Shown here piece by piece: positions 43,896 to 54,781 of a stretch of 64,000 nt of DNA. The number at the start of each line of letters is the position of its first letter. Position 1 is the first letter of the stretch. The DNA is from an uncultured Chloroflexia bacterium (GTDB lineage Bacteria; Chloroflexota; Limnocylindria; Limnocylindrales; CSP1-4), in contig CAVTHS010000006.1 of the NCBI GenBank assembly GCA_963734535.1, forward strand, positions 1 through 64,000, read 5' to 3'. The notes under the pieces were generated by a model. That model saw nothing but the letters and a program-made list of their open reading frames with translations. It did no database searches and was not told where the DNA came from. The position numbers and the translations under genes were made by a program.

Positions 43896-44843
43896 ATGAG
43901 CCCACGAGCGAAGCGCACAGCACCTGCCGCCCCCCGGACCGCGATCGGCATCGACGTCGGCGGGACCGGCGTCAAGGCCGCCGTGGTGGACCTCGAAACC
44001 GGCGCCCTGGCGTCGCCCCGGCTCCGGGTGAAGACGCCGCAGCCGGCGACGCCGGAGTCGGTCGTCGAGGTGATCGGCGGGATCGTCGACCAGCTGGTCG
44101 CGGACGGGCACGTCACGCCCGGCATGCCGGGCGGCGCCGGGCTGCCGGGCGTCGTGAAGGCGGGCCGGCTGCTCACCGCCGCGAACATCGACAAGTCCTG
44201 GATCGACGCGCCCGCCGAGGCCATGCTCGCGGCCCGGCTGGGGCGGCCCGTCCGCCTCGTCAACGACGCCGACGCGGCGGGCCTCGCCGAGGCGACCTTC
44301 GGCGCTGCCAAGGGCGTGCCGGGAACGGTGCTCCTGCTCACGATCGGGACGGGGATCGGCAGCGCCCTCTTCATCGACGGCCACCTCCTCGACAGCACCG
44401 AGTTCGGGCACGTGACGTACCGCGGAAGGGACGCCGAGACCCTGGTCTCCGGGGCTGCCCGCGAGCGCCGCGGGATCGGCTGGAAGAAGTGGGCCCGCGA
44501 GTTCAGCGAATACATGGCCCTGCTCGAGCGCTGGTTCTGGCCCGACCTCATCATCCTCGGTGGCGGGGTCAGCAAGGAGTACGCGAAGTACTCGCGCTTC
44601 CTGACGTCGCGCGCGCCCATCGTCACGGCGCAATACCTGAACACCTCGGGGATCGTCGGCGCGGGCCTGGCCGCGGCCGGCGTCGGGATCGCCGCCGCGG
44701 TGCTCGCGCGCGAGGATGCAACCAACCCTGCGACGGCCGCCCTGCCCCGGGCGGACGGCGACGGGGCCTCCGCTGCCCGCGCCGCTGCGCAGGCCGCCGA
44801 GGTCGCGGCATCGCTCGTCATCGAGGACCAGCCGACGCACTGA
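43896..44843 (+). CDS. ppgK: ROK family polyphosphate glucokinase
   Basis: GIDVGGTGVK, TAANIDKSW, NDADAAGLAE, TIGTGIGSALF, TEFGH, GGGVSK. Confidence 0.85.
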   Translation: MSPRAKRTAPAAPRTAIGIDVGGTGVKAAVVDLETGALASPRLRVKTPQPATPESVVEVIGGIVDQLVADGHVTPGMPGGAGLPGVVKAGRLLTAANIDKSWIDAPAEAMLAARLGRPVRLVNDADAAGLAEATFGAAKGVPGTVLLLTIGTGIGSALFIDGHLLDSTEFGHVTYRGRDAETLVSGAARERRGIGWKKWAREFSEYMALLERWFWPDLIILGGGVSKEYAKYSRFLTSRAPIVTAQYLNTSGIVGAGLAAAGVGIAAAVLAREDATNPATAALPRADGDGASAARAAAQAAEVAASLVIEDQPTH

Positions 44844-44967
44844 CGGGCCCGGGGCTCGACGATCCGATCGGGCCGGACGTCGTTTGGTCGATCCCGGTTC
44901 GCGGCCCGGGACAGCCGGAGCGGCTGCGGGACGCCCCACGACGCGCCTCCCGTAGACTTGCGGGCGC

Positions 44968-46098
44968 ATGGCCACCGAACGCGACTACTACACGATCCTC
45001 GGCGTACCCAGAACCGCGAGCGACGCGGAGGTCAAGCGCGCCTTTCGCAAGCTGGCCCAGCAGTGGCACCCGGACGTCAACCGCGACTCCGGCGCGGACG
45101 AGCGGTTCAAGGAGATCAACGAGGCATACCAGGTCCTGTCCGACCCGCAGCGCCGCCAGGCCTACGACATGTTCGGTGCAGCCGGCGTCAACGGGTCCGG
45201 CGGCTTCGACGGGTCGCAGCAGGGCTTCGGCGGGTTCTCTGACCTCTTCGACGCGTTCTTCGGCGGCACGGCCGCCGGGGGCGGGGCCGCGAGGCGCGGC
45301 CGGGCGGTCGTCGGCTCCGACCTCCGGTACGACCTGCGGGTGACCTTCGAGGAATCGATCCGTGGCACGGAGAAGGAGATCGACTTTCCCGTGCTCGACC
45401 GCTGCGCCACCTGTTCGGGATCAGGCGCAAAGCCCGGCTCGACGGCGATCAGCTGCCCGCAGTGCCAGGGCCGCGGCGAGATCCGGCACGTGCGACAGAC
45501 GATGCTGGGCCAGATGGTCAACGTCGTGGCTTGCCCCCGCTGCCGCGGCGAAGGCAAGGTCGTCGAGACGCCCTGCGAGGCGTGCGGAGGCGACGGCCGG
45601 CGTGAACGCACGAAGCGGCTCCGCGTCAGCGTGCCCGCCGGAATCGACGACGGCCACCAGATCCGCCTCTCCGCCGAGGGCGAGGTAGGGCCGCGCGGCG
45701 GCCCGCCCGGCAGCCTCTACGTGGCGATCCACGTGACGCCGCACCCGTCGCTCAAGCGCGAGGGAACCGAGCTCTTCCACGACCTCTCGCTGTCGGTCGC
45801 CCAGGCAGCCCTGGGGACGACCGTCCGCGTGCCCACCGCGGACGGCGAGGAGGACGTCGAGATCAAGCCCGGGACGCAGCCCGGCACGGAGATCCGGCTG
45901 CGCGGTCGCGGCGCCCCCCACCTTCGTCGCGCCGGCGCGCGCGGCGACCTGCACGTCCTGGTGGACGTCCGGATCCCGACCAGGCTCAGCCGGGAGCAGC
46001 GCGAGGCGCTCGAGGCGTTCGCCGCGGCCTCCGGCGAGACCGGCCTCGGCACCGGAAAGGTCGGGGTCCTCGACCGTCTCAAGGACGCGCTCGGGTGA
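44968..46098 (+). CDS. dnaJ: Molecular chaperone DnaJ
   Basis: HPD J-domain, G/F region, four CxxCxGxG repeats. Confidence 0.97.
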   Translation: MATERDYYTILGVPRTASDAEVKRAFRKLAQQWHPDVNRDSGADERFKEINEAYQVLSDPQRRQAYDMFGAAGVNGSGGFDGSQQGFGGFSDLFDAFFGGTAAGGGAARRGRAVVGSDLRYDLRVTFEESIRGTEKEIDFPVLDRCATCSGSGAKPGSTAISCPQCQGRGEIRHVRQTMLGQMVNVVACPRCRGEGKVVETPCEACGGDGRRERTKRLRVSVPAGIDDGHQIRLSAEGEVGPRGGPPGSLYVAIHVTPHPSLKREGTELFHDLSLSVAQAALGTTVRVPTADGEEDVEIKPGTQPGTEIRLRGRGAPHLRRAGARGDLHVLVDVRIPTRLSREQREALEAFAAASGETGLGTGKVGVLDRLKDALG

Positions 46099-47107
46099 TC
46101 CGGGTCGGGGTCGCCGACCCCGTGTCTGACGGGCTCGTCGGCGACGACGCGTGGCTCGAGCTGGCCGTCACCTGCGACCCGGAGGCGGTCGAGGCGGTCA
46201 GCGAGATCCTGTCGCGCGTGGCCCCCGGCCGGCGTCAGCGTCGAGCCCGGCTTCCGACTGACCGACGAGGGCCTCGGCGCCGTCACCGACCCGTCCCGGC
46301 CGGCCACCGTGCGCGCCTTCCTCCCGGCGCGCGACGCGCGGGCCGTGCGCGAGGCCGTCGCGAGCACCGACCGGGCGCTCGGCCACCTCCAGGCCTTCGG
46401 CCTCCGCGAGATCGGCGAGCTCGCGACCTCGGTCGTCCACGAATCCGAGTGGGCGACGGCCTGGCGGCGGCACGTCCACGTGATGCGCATCGGGAGGCGG
46501 ATCGTGATCCGCCCGACGTGGCGGCGGCATCGGCGCCTGCCCGACGACGTGGTGGTCGCGATGGATCCCGGCATGGCGTTCGGGACCGGCCTCCACCCGA
46601 CCACGCGCCTCTGCCTTGCCGGCATCGAGCGCTGGGCGGACGAGGGTCTCCTCGGGGCGGGCGCCGCGCCGGACGGCCGGGCGCGGCTGCTCGACGTCGG
46701 CTGCGGCTCCGGGATCCTTGCGATCGCGGCCGGCCTGCTCGGGGCAGGGGAGCTCGTCGGCGTGGACACGGACCCGATCGCGGTCGATGCGACGCTCGCG
46801 AACGCGCGGCGCAACCGGCTCGCCCGCCGCGTCCGGGCGTGGGTCGGCAGCGTCCCGACCGGCGCGGGTCCATTCGACCTCGTTGCCGCGAACCTCGTCG
46901 CGTCCGTGCTGGTCGCGATCGGCGCCGGAGTTGCATCACGAGCTGCGGCCGGGCGGGCGGCTGCTCGCGTCGGGCATCTTCGTCGACCGCGAGGACGACG
47001 TGCGGTCCGCGCTCGATGCGGCCGGCCTCGCGATCGTGCGCCGCGACGCGGAGGGTGACTGGGTTGCCCTCGACGTGGAGCGTCGCCCCAGTGGAGGCCG
47101 TTCGTGA
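46095..47107 (+). CDS. prmA: Ribosomal protein L11 methyltransferase, two frameshifts (~46230, ~46921)
   Basis: EWATAWR, DPGMAFGTGLHPTTRLCL, LDVGCGSGILAI, FDLVAANL, then GGRLLASGI in the next frame. Follows dnaJ. Confidence 0.9.
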
Positions 47108-47451
47108 GCACCGACTGCCTGTTCTGCCGGATCGTCGCGGGCGAGATCCCGGCCGCGAGGGTGCACGAGGACGACCTCGTGATCGCCATCCGCGACCTCC
47201 ACCCGGTCGCGCCCGTGCACGTGCTCCTCATGCCACGGGCGCATATCGGCTCGGCGCTCGACCTCGACGAGTCCGATGCGCCCCTCGCGGGGCGGCTGCT
47301 GGCGTGCGCGGCCGCGCTGGCGCGCTCGGAGGGGATCGCGGATGGCGGCTACCGGCTCGTGGTGAACGCGGGCGTCGACGGCGGGCAGACCGTCGGCCAC
47401 CTTCATGTCCACCTGCTGGGCGGTCGCGAGATGCGCTGGCCTCCGGGATGA
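47104..47451 (+). CDS. hinT: Histidine triad (HIT/HinT) nucleotide-binding protein
   Basis: DCLFCRI, HLHVHLLGG, WPPG end. Confidence 0.93.
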   Translation: MSTDCLFCRIVAGEIPAARVHEDDLVIAIRDLHPVAPVHVLLMPRAHIGSALDLDESDAPLAGRLLACAAALARSEGIADGGYRLVVNAGVDGGQTVGHLHVHLLGGREMRWPPG

Positions 47452-48036
47452 CGGGCCGTCGCCGGCCGGGTGGCTTCCGCCGGCCGGGTGGTGTGCCCGG
47501 CCCGGGCTGGGCGCTTGGCGCAACGTTCGTCGTGGCGGGCACCCTCCTTGCCGCGTGCGTCGGCGGGGCGCCGGCCCCGCGCACGCCCGGGCCGCTCCCG
47601 ACGGCGCAGCCGAGCACGTCCGCCGCCGTCGAGGCGACGCTCGCGCAGGTCGACGTGGCGCTCCGCGCTCGCGGGCTGGTCGTGGAATCGACGCTCACGG
47701 CGGTCCGTCCGGCCGAGCCGCCGTCGTTCGCCGGGGTGGCGCGATGGCCGTTCCACGCCGTGCTCCCCGACGACCCGGCCGGTGGCTACCTCGTGATCTA
47801 CGAGTTCCCGGGGCCCGCCCTCGCGGCCGACGGAGGGCACGACCTCGCCGCCTACGTCTCCAGCGGCCCCGGGCGGGTCCAGTACGCGCCGGACATCCGG
47901 TTCGTGCTGCGCCAGGTGGGCTCGACGCTGGTCTTCTACTCCGTGGTCGCCGGCCTCCTCGCCCGACCCGCGGACGCCGGACCTGGCCGCGGCGCTCGCG
48001 TCGGTGGGGTCGGAGGTCCCGATCCCGCTCGGCTGA
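47448..48036 (+). CDS. Putative lipoprotein, one frameshift near 47942
   Basis: ATGA overlap with hinT, lipobox LLAAC. Coding signal continues in an adjacent frame to TGA at 48036. Confidence 0.6.
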
Positions 48037-48067
48037 GGCGCAGGCGCGTCGCGGACCGATCCCCGGC

Positions 48068-49759
48068 CTACGCGCCCTCGATGACGGGAAGCGGCGCGGA
48101 GACGGCCGCCCAGGCTCGCACCTGGTCACGCTTCACCTTGAGGGTCAGCGTGCGCGGGAAGTCGTCCTCCGGCCAGAATCGCCACGCCGCCACCCGGGCC
48201 TGGACCGCGAGCGTCGCGTTGGCGGCCTTCACCGCGGCGTCGACCTCGGCCCGGACCCGCGCGATCTCGTCCGGGTCGTCGAATGCCGCGGCCGGCTGCG
48301 CAGCGGCGCCGGCCCCGGGGACCGCGGGTGCTGCGGACGGGGCGAGGACGATCGCCTCGATCCGGCCGGGTTCCGTCTCCAGGACGATCGAGTCCCGGAT
48401 GCCCGCGACACGGAGCGCGTTCTCGATGTCCTCGGGGAAGACGTTCTGGCCGTTGGGCAGCACGATGATGTCCCGCTTCCGACCGTGCAGGACGAGCCGG
48501 CCGCGTCCGTCGAGCCGGCCCAGGTCGCCCGACCGGTAGAAGCCGTCCGTCGTGAAGGCAGCCGCGGTTGCCACCTCGTCTTCCCAGTATCCCCGGGTCA
48601 CGCTGGGCCCCCGGAACAGGATCTCGCCGTCCTCCTCGATCCGGATCTCCATCCCGGGAACCGGTCGACCCACGCTGCCAACCGGATGGTCCCGCCAGGT
48701 CGTGCACGCCCCCGACCCAGTCTCCGTGGCGCCGTAGCCCTGCATCACGACGACCCCGATGTCCTCCCAGCCCTGCTGGACGGCCGGCGGGAGGAAGGCA
48801 CCGGCCGACACGAGGAGCCGGAGGCCGCCGCCGAGCTGCGCGTGGATCCGCCGGAAGATCCAGCGCCGCGCTGCCATCGGGAGCCGCCGGGCGACCGCCC
48901 GGGCACGCCCGAAGGTTGCGGCCTGACCCTGTCGCTGGATCTCGCGCTCGAGGCCCGCCCAGAACACCTCCAGGAGCTGCGGCACGAGGATCATCGCCGT
49001 GGTCCGATGCGCGCGGATCGATTCGAACACGACCCGCGGATTGCGCGTCCGGACGTACAGGACGTCGGCGCCAAGGTCGAGGAGGAGGTACAGCCCGATG
49101 GCCTGCTCGAAGAGATGGGCAAGCGGGAGGACGGAGACGACCCGGTACGCGATCTCCGGGACGAGCCGGTGGAAGCCGTCGATGCCCGCGATCGTGTTCT
49201 CGTGGGCCAGCACGACCCCCTTCGGCGTGCCCGTCGTGCCGGACGTGAAGACGAGCAGGTACGGGTCCTCCGGGGCTGGTCGCGCCCACGAGCCGAGGGT
49301 CTTCTCCCAGTCCGCCGGGAAGCCCGCGCCGGGCTCTGCGCACAGGTCGTCGATCGTCATGGTCGGGACATGGTCGAGGTCGGACTCGGCGGGATCCGGA
49401 GCGTCGCGCCCGGTGCCGATGGCCAGCTGCGTCGCCCCGGACCGGTCGGCGATTCGCCGGACCGTTGCCGGGGCCATCCGCAGGTCGAGCGGGACGAGGA
49501 TGAGGCCGGCCCGCATCGCCCCGAAGTAGACCGCCGCCAGCTCCGGGCACGACGCGGACCACGTCAGCAGCCGATCGCCCGGCTGCAGCCCGCGGGAGCG
49601 GAGCCGCCACGCGGCGAGCCGGCTCCGGCGGTCGAGCTCCCGGTAGCTCCACGCCCCGATCGCGCCGTCGTCGCGCCGGATGCGGAGCGCAGTGCGGTCG
49701 CCGTATCGGGCCGTCGCCCCCTCGAGGAGGTCGACCAGGGTTCGCCGGGTCGTGGTCAC
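48068..49759 (-). CDS. Long-chain acyl-CoA synthetase (AMP-binding enzyme)
   Basis: FTSGTTGTPKGV, QGYGATE, GYW, YRSGDLG, GRKRDII, TLTLKVKR. Confidence 0.9.
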   Translation of the reverse strand: MTTTRRTLVDLLEGATARYGDRTALRIRRDDGAIGAWSYRELDRRSRLAAWRLRSRGLQPGDRLLTWSASCPELAAVYFGAMRAGLILVPLDLRMAPATVRRIADRSGATQLAIGTGRDAPDPAESDLDHVPTMTIDDLCAEPGAGFPADWEKTLGSWARPAPEDPYLLVFTSGTTGTPKGVVLAHENTIAGIDGFHRLVPEIAYRVVSVLPLAHLFEQAIGLYLLLDLGADVLYVRTRNPRVVFESIRAHRTTAMILVPQLLEVFWAGLEREIQRQGQAATFGRARAVARRLPMAARRWIFRRIHAQLGGGLRLLVSAGAFLPPAVQQGWEDIGVVVMQGYGATETGSGACTTWRDHPVGSVGRPVPGMEIRIEEDGEILFRGPSVTRGYWEDEVATAAAFTTDGFYRSGDLGRLDGRGRLVLHGRKRDIIVLPNGQNVFPEDIENALRVAGIRDSIVLETEPGRIEAIVLAPSAAPAVPGAGAAAQPAAAFDDPDEIARVRAEVDAAVKAANATLAVQARVAAWRFWPEDDFPRTLTLKVKRDQVRAWAAVSAPLPVIEGA

Positions 49760-49838
49760 CCGTGCATCGTGGACGACCGTGGCCGGCTCTGCAACGGGAT
49801 CGGGTCCGCGGCGTACCGTGGGGCGCGGAGGTTGCCCC

Positions 49839-50201
49839 ATGCACGAACACGTCGAATCGGTCTTCTTCATCGCCGACCTGGTCGCGGACGCGCCACATGT
49901 CGCTCGCGGCATCCACAGTCAGACGCTGTACGAGGGACCGGACCTCCGGCTGGTGCTCTTTGCGTTCGCGCCCGGTGAGGAGCTCTCCGAGCACACGGCG
50001 GCGCGACCCGCCGTCGTCCATGTCCTCGATGGCGAAGGCGGAGCGGTCGTGGACGGTGAGGCCCGCGCACTCGGCCCCGGCACGTGGTTCCGGATGCCGG
50101 CCGGGACGGCACACTCCATCCACGCGCGGACCCCGCTCCGGATGGCCCTCTACCTGCTCCCCGGTGCCGCCATCCCGGCCGATGGCGGGAACGCCGGGTA
50201 G
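49839..50201 (+). CDS. Cupin domain protein
   Basis: [12 protein letters not shown]...HVLDG...[16 protein letters not shown]. Confidence 0.85.
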   Translation: MHEHVESVFFIADLVADAPHVARGIHSQTLYEGPDLRLVLFAFAPGEELSEHTAARPAVVHVLDGEGGAVVDGEARALGPGTWFRMPAGTAHSIHARTPLRMALYLLPGAAIPADGGNAG

Positions 50202-50365
50202 CCGCGCCGTCTCCCACGTGCGTTTGCCAGCGGCACCTCGCCCGGGCTACACTCGGCCCGCCCGGTCGCCGCGTATGCACGCGTGCGCCGAGCACGCGTG
50301 CGCCGACACTCGCCCGGCGGCGCCGCGGGCCAGACGATCCCAGGGCGGAGGAGGTGATCCCGGCA

Positions 50366-50548
50366 TTGGCAGAGATCCGAGTTGGTGAGAACGAGACCTT
50401 CGAGAGCGCGCTTCGCCGCTTCAACAAGAAGATCCAGCAGTCCGGCATTCTCGCCGAAGCCCGCCGTCGCGAGCACTACGAGAAGCCCAGCGTGAAGCGG
50501 AAGCGGAAGGAAGCAAAGCGCAAGAAGGCCGCCCGCCAGCAGGGTTAG
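50366..50548 (+). CDS. rpsU: 30S ribosomal protein S21
   Basis: GGAGGTGA RBS, TTG start, FESALRRF...[11 protein letters not shown]. Confidence 0.95.
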   Translation: MAEIRVGENETFESALRRFNKKIQQSGILAEARRREHYEKPSVKRKRKEAKRKKAARQQG

Positions 50549-50742
50549 CCGCCGGGACCGGCGGCGCGGGAGCCAAACGGCCGAATCCGGCCGATCACCC
50601 GACCCGCATCCACCGCCGGTTCCACCCGCTTCCCCGGCCCGCATCCCGGGCCCCCGAGGCCCCCAGCGCACATCGACGTCGAGCCACGACCCCGCCTGCG
50701 AGGCGGGCCGCCCGGCGCCGGACGCGACAGGAGCCACCGCCG

Positions 50743-51264
50743 GTGTCCCTTCGAGATCGCCTTCACGACGACATCACGACCGCCATGCGGTCGGGTGACG
50801 CGCTGCGCCGCGACACGCTCCGGATGGTATGGAGCAACGTCTACGCGCAGGAGAAGCGCGATCTCGCCAACCTGTCCGACGATGCCACGCTCGGCGTCCT
50901 GACCCGCGAGGTGAAGACGCGCCGCGAGTCGGTCGAGGCCTATCGCGCGGGGGGCCGCGAGGACCTCGCCGCGAAGGAAGAGGCCGAGATCGCGATCATC
51001 GCCGCATACCTCCCGCCACCTCTCACCGAGGACGAGCTGCAGACGCTCATCGCCGACGCCATCGCCACGACCGGCGCCGCGTCGGCCCGGGACCTCGGCC
51101 GGGTGATGAGCCGGCTGGCCGCCCCGACCCGCGGCCGCGCGGACGGAAGGCACGTCAGCGGGCTGGTCGTGCAGGCGCTCGCGGCCGCGGATCTCGCGGC
51201 CCACGATGCGGCTCCCCACGCTGGCGGTGGCACCGGGTCGACCGGCGGCACGCCCGCGGGCTGA
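50743..51264 (+). CDS. yqeY: GatB/YqeY domain protein
   Basis: KTRRESVEAY..GGREDLAAKEEAE, AYLP, DLGRVM, GRADG. Confidence 0.92.
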   Translation: MSLRDRLHDDITTAMRSGDALRRDTLRMVWSNVYAQEKRDLANLSDDATLGVLTREVKTRRESVEAYRAGGREDLAAKEEAEIAIIAAYLPPPLTEDELQTLIADAIATTGAASARDLGRVMSRLAAPTRGRADGRHVSGLVVQALAAADLAAHDAAPHAGGGTGSTGGTPAG

Positions 51265-51267
51265 CCG

Positions 51268-53424
51268 ATGCTCTCCCGCAGCTTCGACCGCGTCACCCGC
51301 TTCACCCGGCAGGATGCGGGACGGCTTGCCGTCGCCACGATCCTGCTGGTCGGCGGCCTGACCGCGATCCTTTCGATCGGCGACCTTCCGCAGGCCTACA
51401 ACCTCCAGGAGGGCAGCGTCGCGCCCCAGCAGATCCGGTCGCCACGGGCGATCCGGTTCGTGTCGGCGGTGCAGACGGCCACGGCACGCCAGGCCGCCAG
51501 CGACGGCGTGGAGCCGCAGTACGACTTCAGCGCCGACACGGCCTCGGCGCTCGCGCGGCGCCAGCTGGAGGCCCTCGCCAAGACCATGGCACCCGTGGAC
51601 GCTGCGTTCATCGGGCCGCTGACCGCAATCGGACGGAGCGTCGCGCTCGCCGGGACGCTTCCCGGAATCTCCGCGACCGCGCGAAAGACGCTCGACGCGA
51701 TGGCCGTCGAGCGATGGTCGATGGTCGCTGCCGAGGCGACCCGTGTGCTCGGGATGCTCCAGCGCTCGGAGCTGCGCGATTCGGAGATGGAGGGCACGCG
51801 GCGCAACCTCGGTGGGCTGTTCTCGCCACAGCTGACCGACGACGAGCGCGGGCTCGCGACGGAGATCGTCGACCCGCTGCTCGTGCCGAACTCGACGTAC
51901 AGCGCCGAGCTCACGGCCCAGAAGCGCCAGGCGGCCGCAGATGCCGTGACGCCGGTGGAGGTCGCGGTCGCCAAGGGCGAGGTCGTCGTGGATTCCGGGC
52001 GGAGGGTCGACGCAGCCGATATCGAGAAGCTGGCCGCGCTCGGCCTCACCGAGGCACGCCTGGACATCGCGCGCATCGCCGGCTGGTTCCTGCTGGCGGG
52101 GCTCATCGTCATCCTCTACCTCGCCTGGCTGTGGCGCTACCGCCAGGAGCTCTGGCACCGGGCACGGACGCTGGCCCTGCTCGGCCTCGTCCTGCTGGTG
52201 ACCGCGCTGGCCTACAAGCTCACGGCCGGGCGCTCCGTCGTGCCGTTCTTCGTCCCCGGCGCCGGGGCGGGCATGCTCGTCGCCATCCTCCTCGGAGCCG
52301 GGCCGGCGACCGTCCTTTCGTTCTTCCTCGCGGTGATCGCCGGTACCTCGAACGATCTCTCGCTCGAGCTCGCGACCTATGTCTTCGTCGGCTCGCTGAC
52401 CGGGATCCTCGCGGTGCGTCGAGGTGACCGGGTCGCCGTCTTCCTGCAGGCCGGCATCGCGATCGCGATCGCGAACGTCGCCGTCGTCTCCATCTTCTCG
52501 CTCCTCGGGACGCGCGACATCACGGGCGTCATCCAGCTTTTCGGGGCGTCCGCGGCCGCCGCCGCCGGGGCCGCCGTGGCGACGGTCGGCACGTTCCAGG
52601 TCGTCGGCAACGTGTTCGGGATCCTGACGGTCTTCCAGCTGCTGGAGCTGGCCAACCCGTCCCAGGCGCTGCTCCGCCGGCTCCTCCTCGAGACGCCGGG
52701 CACGTATCACCACGCCCTGATGGTGGGAAACCTTGCAGAGCGCGCAGCGGAGGCGATCGCCGCGGATTCGCTGCTGGCCCGGGTGGCCTCGTACTACCAC
52801 GACGTCGGCAAGCTCGAGAACCCCGCCGGTTTCATCGAGAACCAGGCGGGCGGCGAGAACGTCCACGACCACCTGTCGCCGGAAGCCAGCGCCCAGCTCC
52901 TCAAGGCGCACGTGTCGGGAGGAATCGACCTGGCCTATCGGTCCAAGCTCCCGAAGCCGCTCATCGCCTTCATCCCGCAGCACCACGGGACCGCCCGGAT
53001 GAGCTACTTCTGGGCCAAGGCGCGCGAGGAGGCGGCGGCGCCGCATGGCGGTCTCGGGACGAGCGCCGGGCTCGCGGCAGCCGATGCGCTCGACGAGCGT
53101 CGCTTCCGCCACAACGGCCCCAAGCCCCAGTCGAAGGAGGCGGCGATCCTGATGCTCGCGGACGGGGTCGAGGCCTCGGTCCGCTCGCTCGCGAGCCACG
53201 ACGAGCCCACGATCCGGGGGATGGTCAGCCGGATCATCACCGAGCGGTTGGAGGACGGCCAGTTCGACGAGTGCGAGCTGACGCTGCGCGACATCGAGCG
53301 GGTCCGCGAGGCGTTCGTGGCCCAGCTGCTGGGGATGTACCACCAGCGAATCGCATATCCCCAGAACAAGATCGTGGAGCTGGAGGCGCGCCGCGAGGCG
53401 TCCGCCGGCGGACGCGGCACGTGA
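51268..53424 (+). CDS. 7TM-HD family phosphohydrolase (PgpH/YqfF-like, putative cyclic-di-AMP phosphodiesterase)
   Basis: Extracellular domain, multi-TM region, PGTYHH, YYHDVGK, FIENQ, QHHGT, GPKPQSKE, MLADGVEA, RIAYP. Confidence 0.9.
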   Translation: MLSRSFDRVTRFTRQDAGRLAVATILLVGGLTAILSIGDLPQAYNLQEGSVAPQQIRSPRAIRFVSAVQTATARQAASDGVEPQYDFSADTASALARRQLEALAKTMAPVDAAFIGPLTAIGRSVALAGTLPGISATARKTLDAMAVERWSMVAAEATRVLGMLQRSELRDSEMEGTRRNLGGLFSPQLTDDERGLATEIVDPLLVPNSTYSAELTAQKRQAAADAVTPVEVAVAKGEVVVDSGRRVDAADIEKLAALGLTEARLDIARIAGWFLLAGLIVILYLAWLWRYRQELWHRARTLALLGLVLLVTALAYKLTAGRSVVPFFVPGAGAGMLVAILLGAGPATVLSFFLAVIAGTSNDLSLELATYVFVGSLTGILAVRRGDRVAVFLQAGIAIAIANVAVVSIFSLLGTRDITGVIQLFGASAAAAAGAAVATVGTFQVVGNVFGILTVFQLLELANPSQALLRRLLLETPGTYHHALMVGNLAERAAEAIAADSLLARVASYYHDVGKLENPAGFIENQAGGENVHDHLSPEASAQLLKAHVSGGIDLAYRSKLPKPLIAFIPQHHGTARMSYFWAKAREEAAAPHGGLGTSAGLAAADALDERRFRHNGPKPQSKEAAILMLADGVEASVRSLASHDEPTIRGMVSRIITERLEDGQFDECELTLRDIERVREAFVAQLLGMYHQRIAYPQNKIVELEARREASAGGRGT

Positions 53425-54003
53425 CCGCGGCCGGGCCGATCGCCGCTCCGCGCCCGTTCTACCTCCCGCCGTTCCGCATCGACCTCGAGATCCGCGCCGG
53501 CGTGCCACGCGTGCTCCCGGCGGCGGCGATCGCGCGGGACCTTCGCGCCGCGCTGGTGGCAGGCGGGGCACCCGAGCCGGCGTCAGTCGGCCTGGTCCTC
53601 GCCGACGACCCGGAGCTGGCCCGGCTCAACCGGACCTTCCTGGGCAGGGCGGGCGCGACCGACGTTCTCTCGTTCCCGCTCCTGCCGCCCGATGCCTACC
53701 CGCCGCATCCGGGCGCACGCGCGTCGGGCCGCACGGTCCGTCTCGGCCACCGCCCGGGCGTTCCTGCTGCCGCCCGGGACGCGGCTGCACCTGGGCGACG
53801 TCGTGGTCTCCGTTGAGCGCGCGGTCCGCCAGGCAGTCGAGGGCCGCGGCGGCCAGGCCGGTGACGTCCGGTGGGCACCGGCCGACGAGCTGCGCCTGCT
53901 CGTCGTCCACGGCGGGCTCCACCTGTGCGGCTGGGACCACGCGGAGCCTGCCGAGGAAGCCGCCATGCGCGCGCTCGAGCGGACCGTCCTCGCCGCCGGA
54001 TAG
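53421..54003 (+). CDS. ybeY: rRNA maturation RNase YbeY, one frameshift (~53730-53760)
   Basis: LNRTFLG...TDVLSFP, then LGDVVVS and VHGGLHLCGWDH (H3xH5xH). Confidence 0.88.
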
Positions 54004-54088
54004 CCGCGCCGAGGCGGGGCGCGGTACCATCCCGCCAAGGCCCGGTCCGCGCGGATCCGGGCCGTTCGGCGTGTGCAGCGGAGGAAGC

Positions 54089-54781
54089 GTGAAGGTCGTC
54101 GTGGGGCTCGGGAATCCGGGCGAGCAGTACGCGAAGACACGCCACAACATCGGCTGGATGGTGGTCGACCGGCTCGCGGACCGTGCTGGCTGGGCGGGGC
54201 GCGGGCGGACGCGTGATGCCAGCGCCGTCGTGCAGGGCCGCTTCCACGGCCTGGACCTCGTGCTCGCCAAACCGCTCACCTTCATGAACGACTCCGGCGT
54301 TGCGGTCCGCAAGCTGATCGCCCGGGAGCGCGCTCCCCTCCACGAGCTGCTGGTGGTCACCGACGACTTCAGCCTCCCGTTCGGGAAGATGCGCTTCCGC
54401 GAAGGCGGAAGCCACGGCGGCCACAACGGCCTTCGCTCCATCATCGAGGAGCTGAGCACCGAGGCCTTCCCCCGCCTCCGGATCGGGATCGGCGAGCCCG
54501 GACGGGACGCCGTGGACCACGTGCTCTCCGTCTTCCAGCACGCCGAGCGACAGCGGCTCGACGAGCTGCTCGACGCGGCCGCGGATGCGACCGAGGCATG
54601 GGCGCGGGACGGCCTGAGCAAGGCCTCCAACCGGTTCAACGCCTTCGTGCTGCGGCCGGCCGACGAGACGCGGACCGCGCCGCCCGGCGAGGTCGACGGG
54701 CCGCCCGGTCCCGACGGCGTTCGGCGGACCCGGACCGGCTGGCGGCGAGCCCGGCCGGGTGGCCCGGACGAGCCCGCGTGA
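54089..54781 (+). CDS. pth: Peptidyl-tRNA hydrolase
   Basis: VGLGNPG..Y..TRHNIG, KPLTFMN, GSHGGHNGLRSI, RLRIGIG. Confidence 0.96.
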   Translation: MKVVVGLGNPGEQYAKTRHNIGWMVVDRLADRAGWAGRGRTRDASAVVQGRFHGLDLVLAKPLTFMNDSGVAVRKLIARERAPLHELLVVTDDFSLPFGKMRFREGGSHGGHNGLRSIIEELSTEAFPRLRIGIGEPGRDAVDHVLSVFQHAERQRLDELLDAAADATEAWARDGLSKASNRFNAFVLRPADETRTAPPGEVDGPPGPDGVRRTRTGWRRARPGGPDEPA

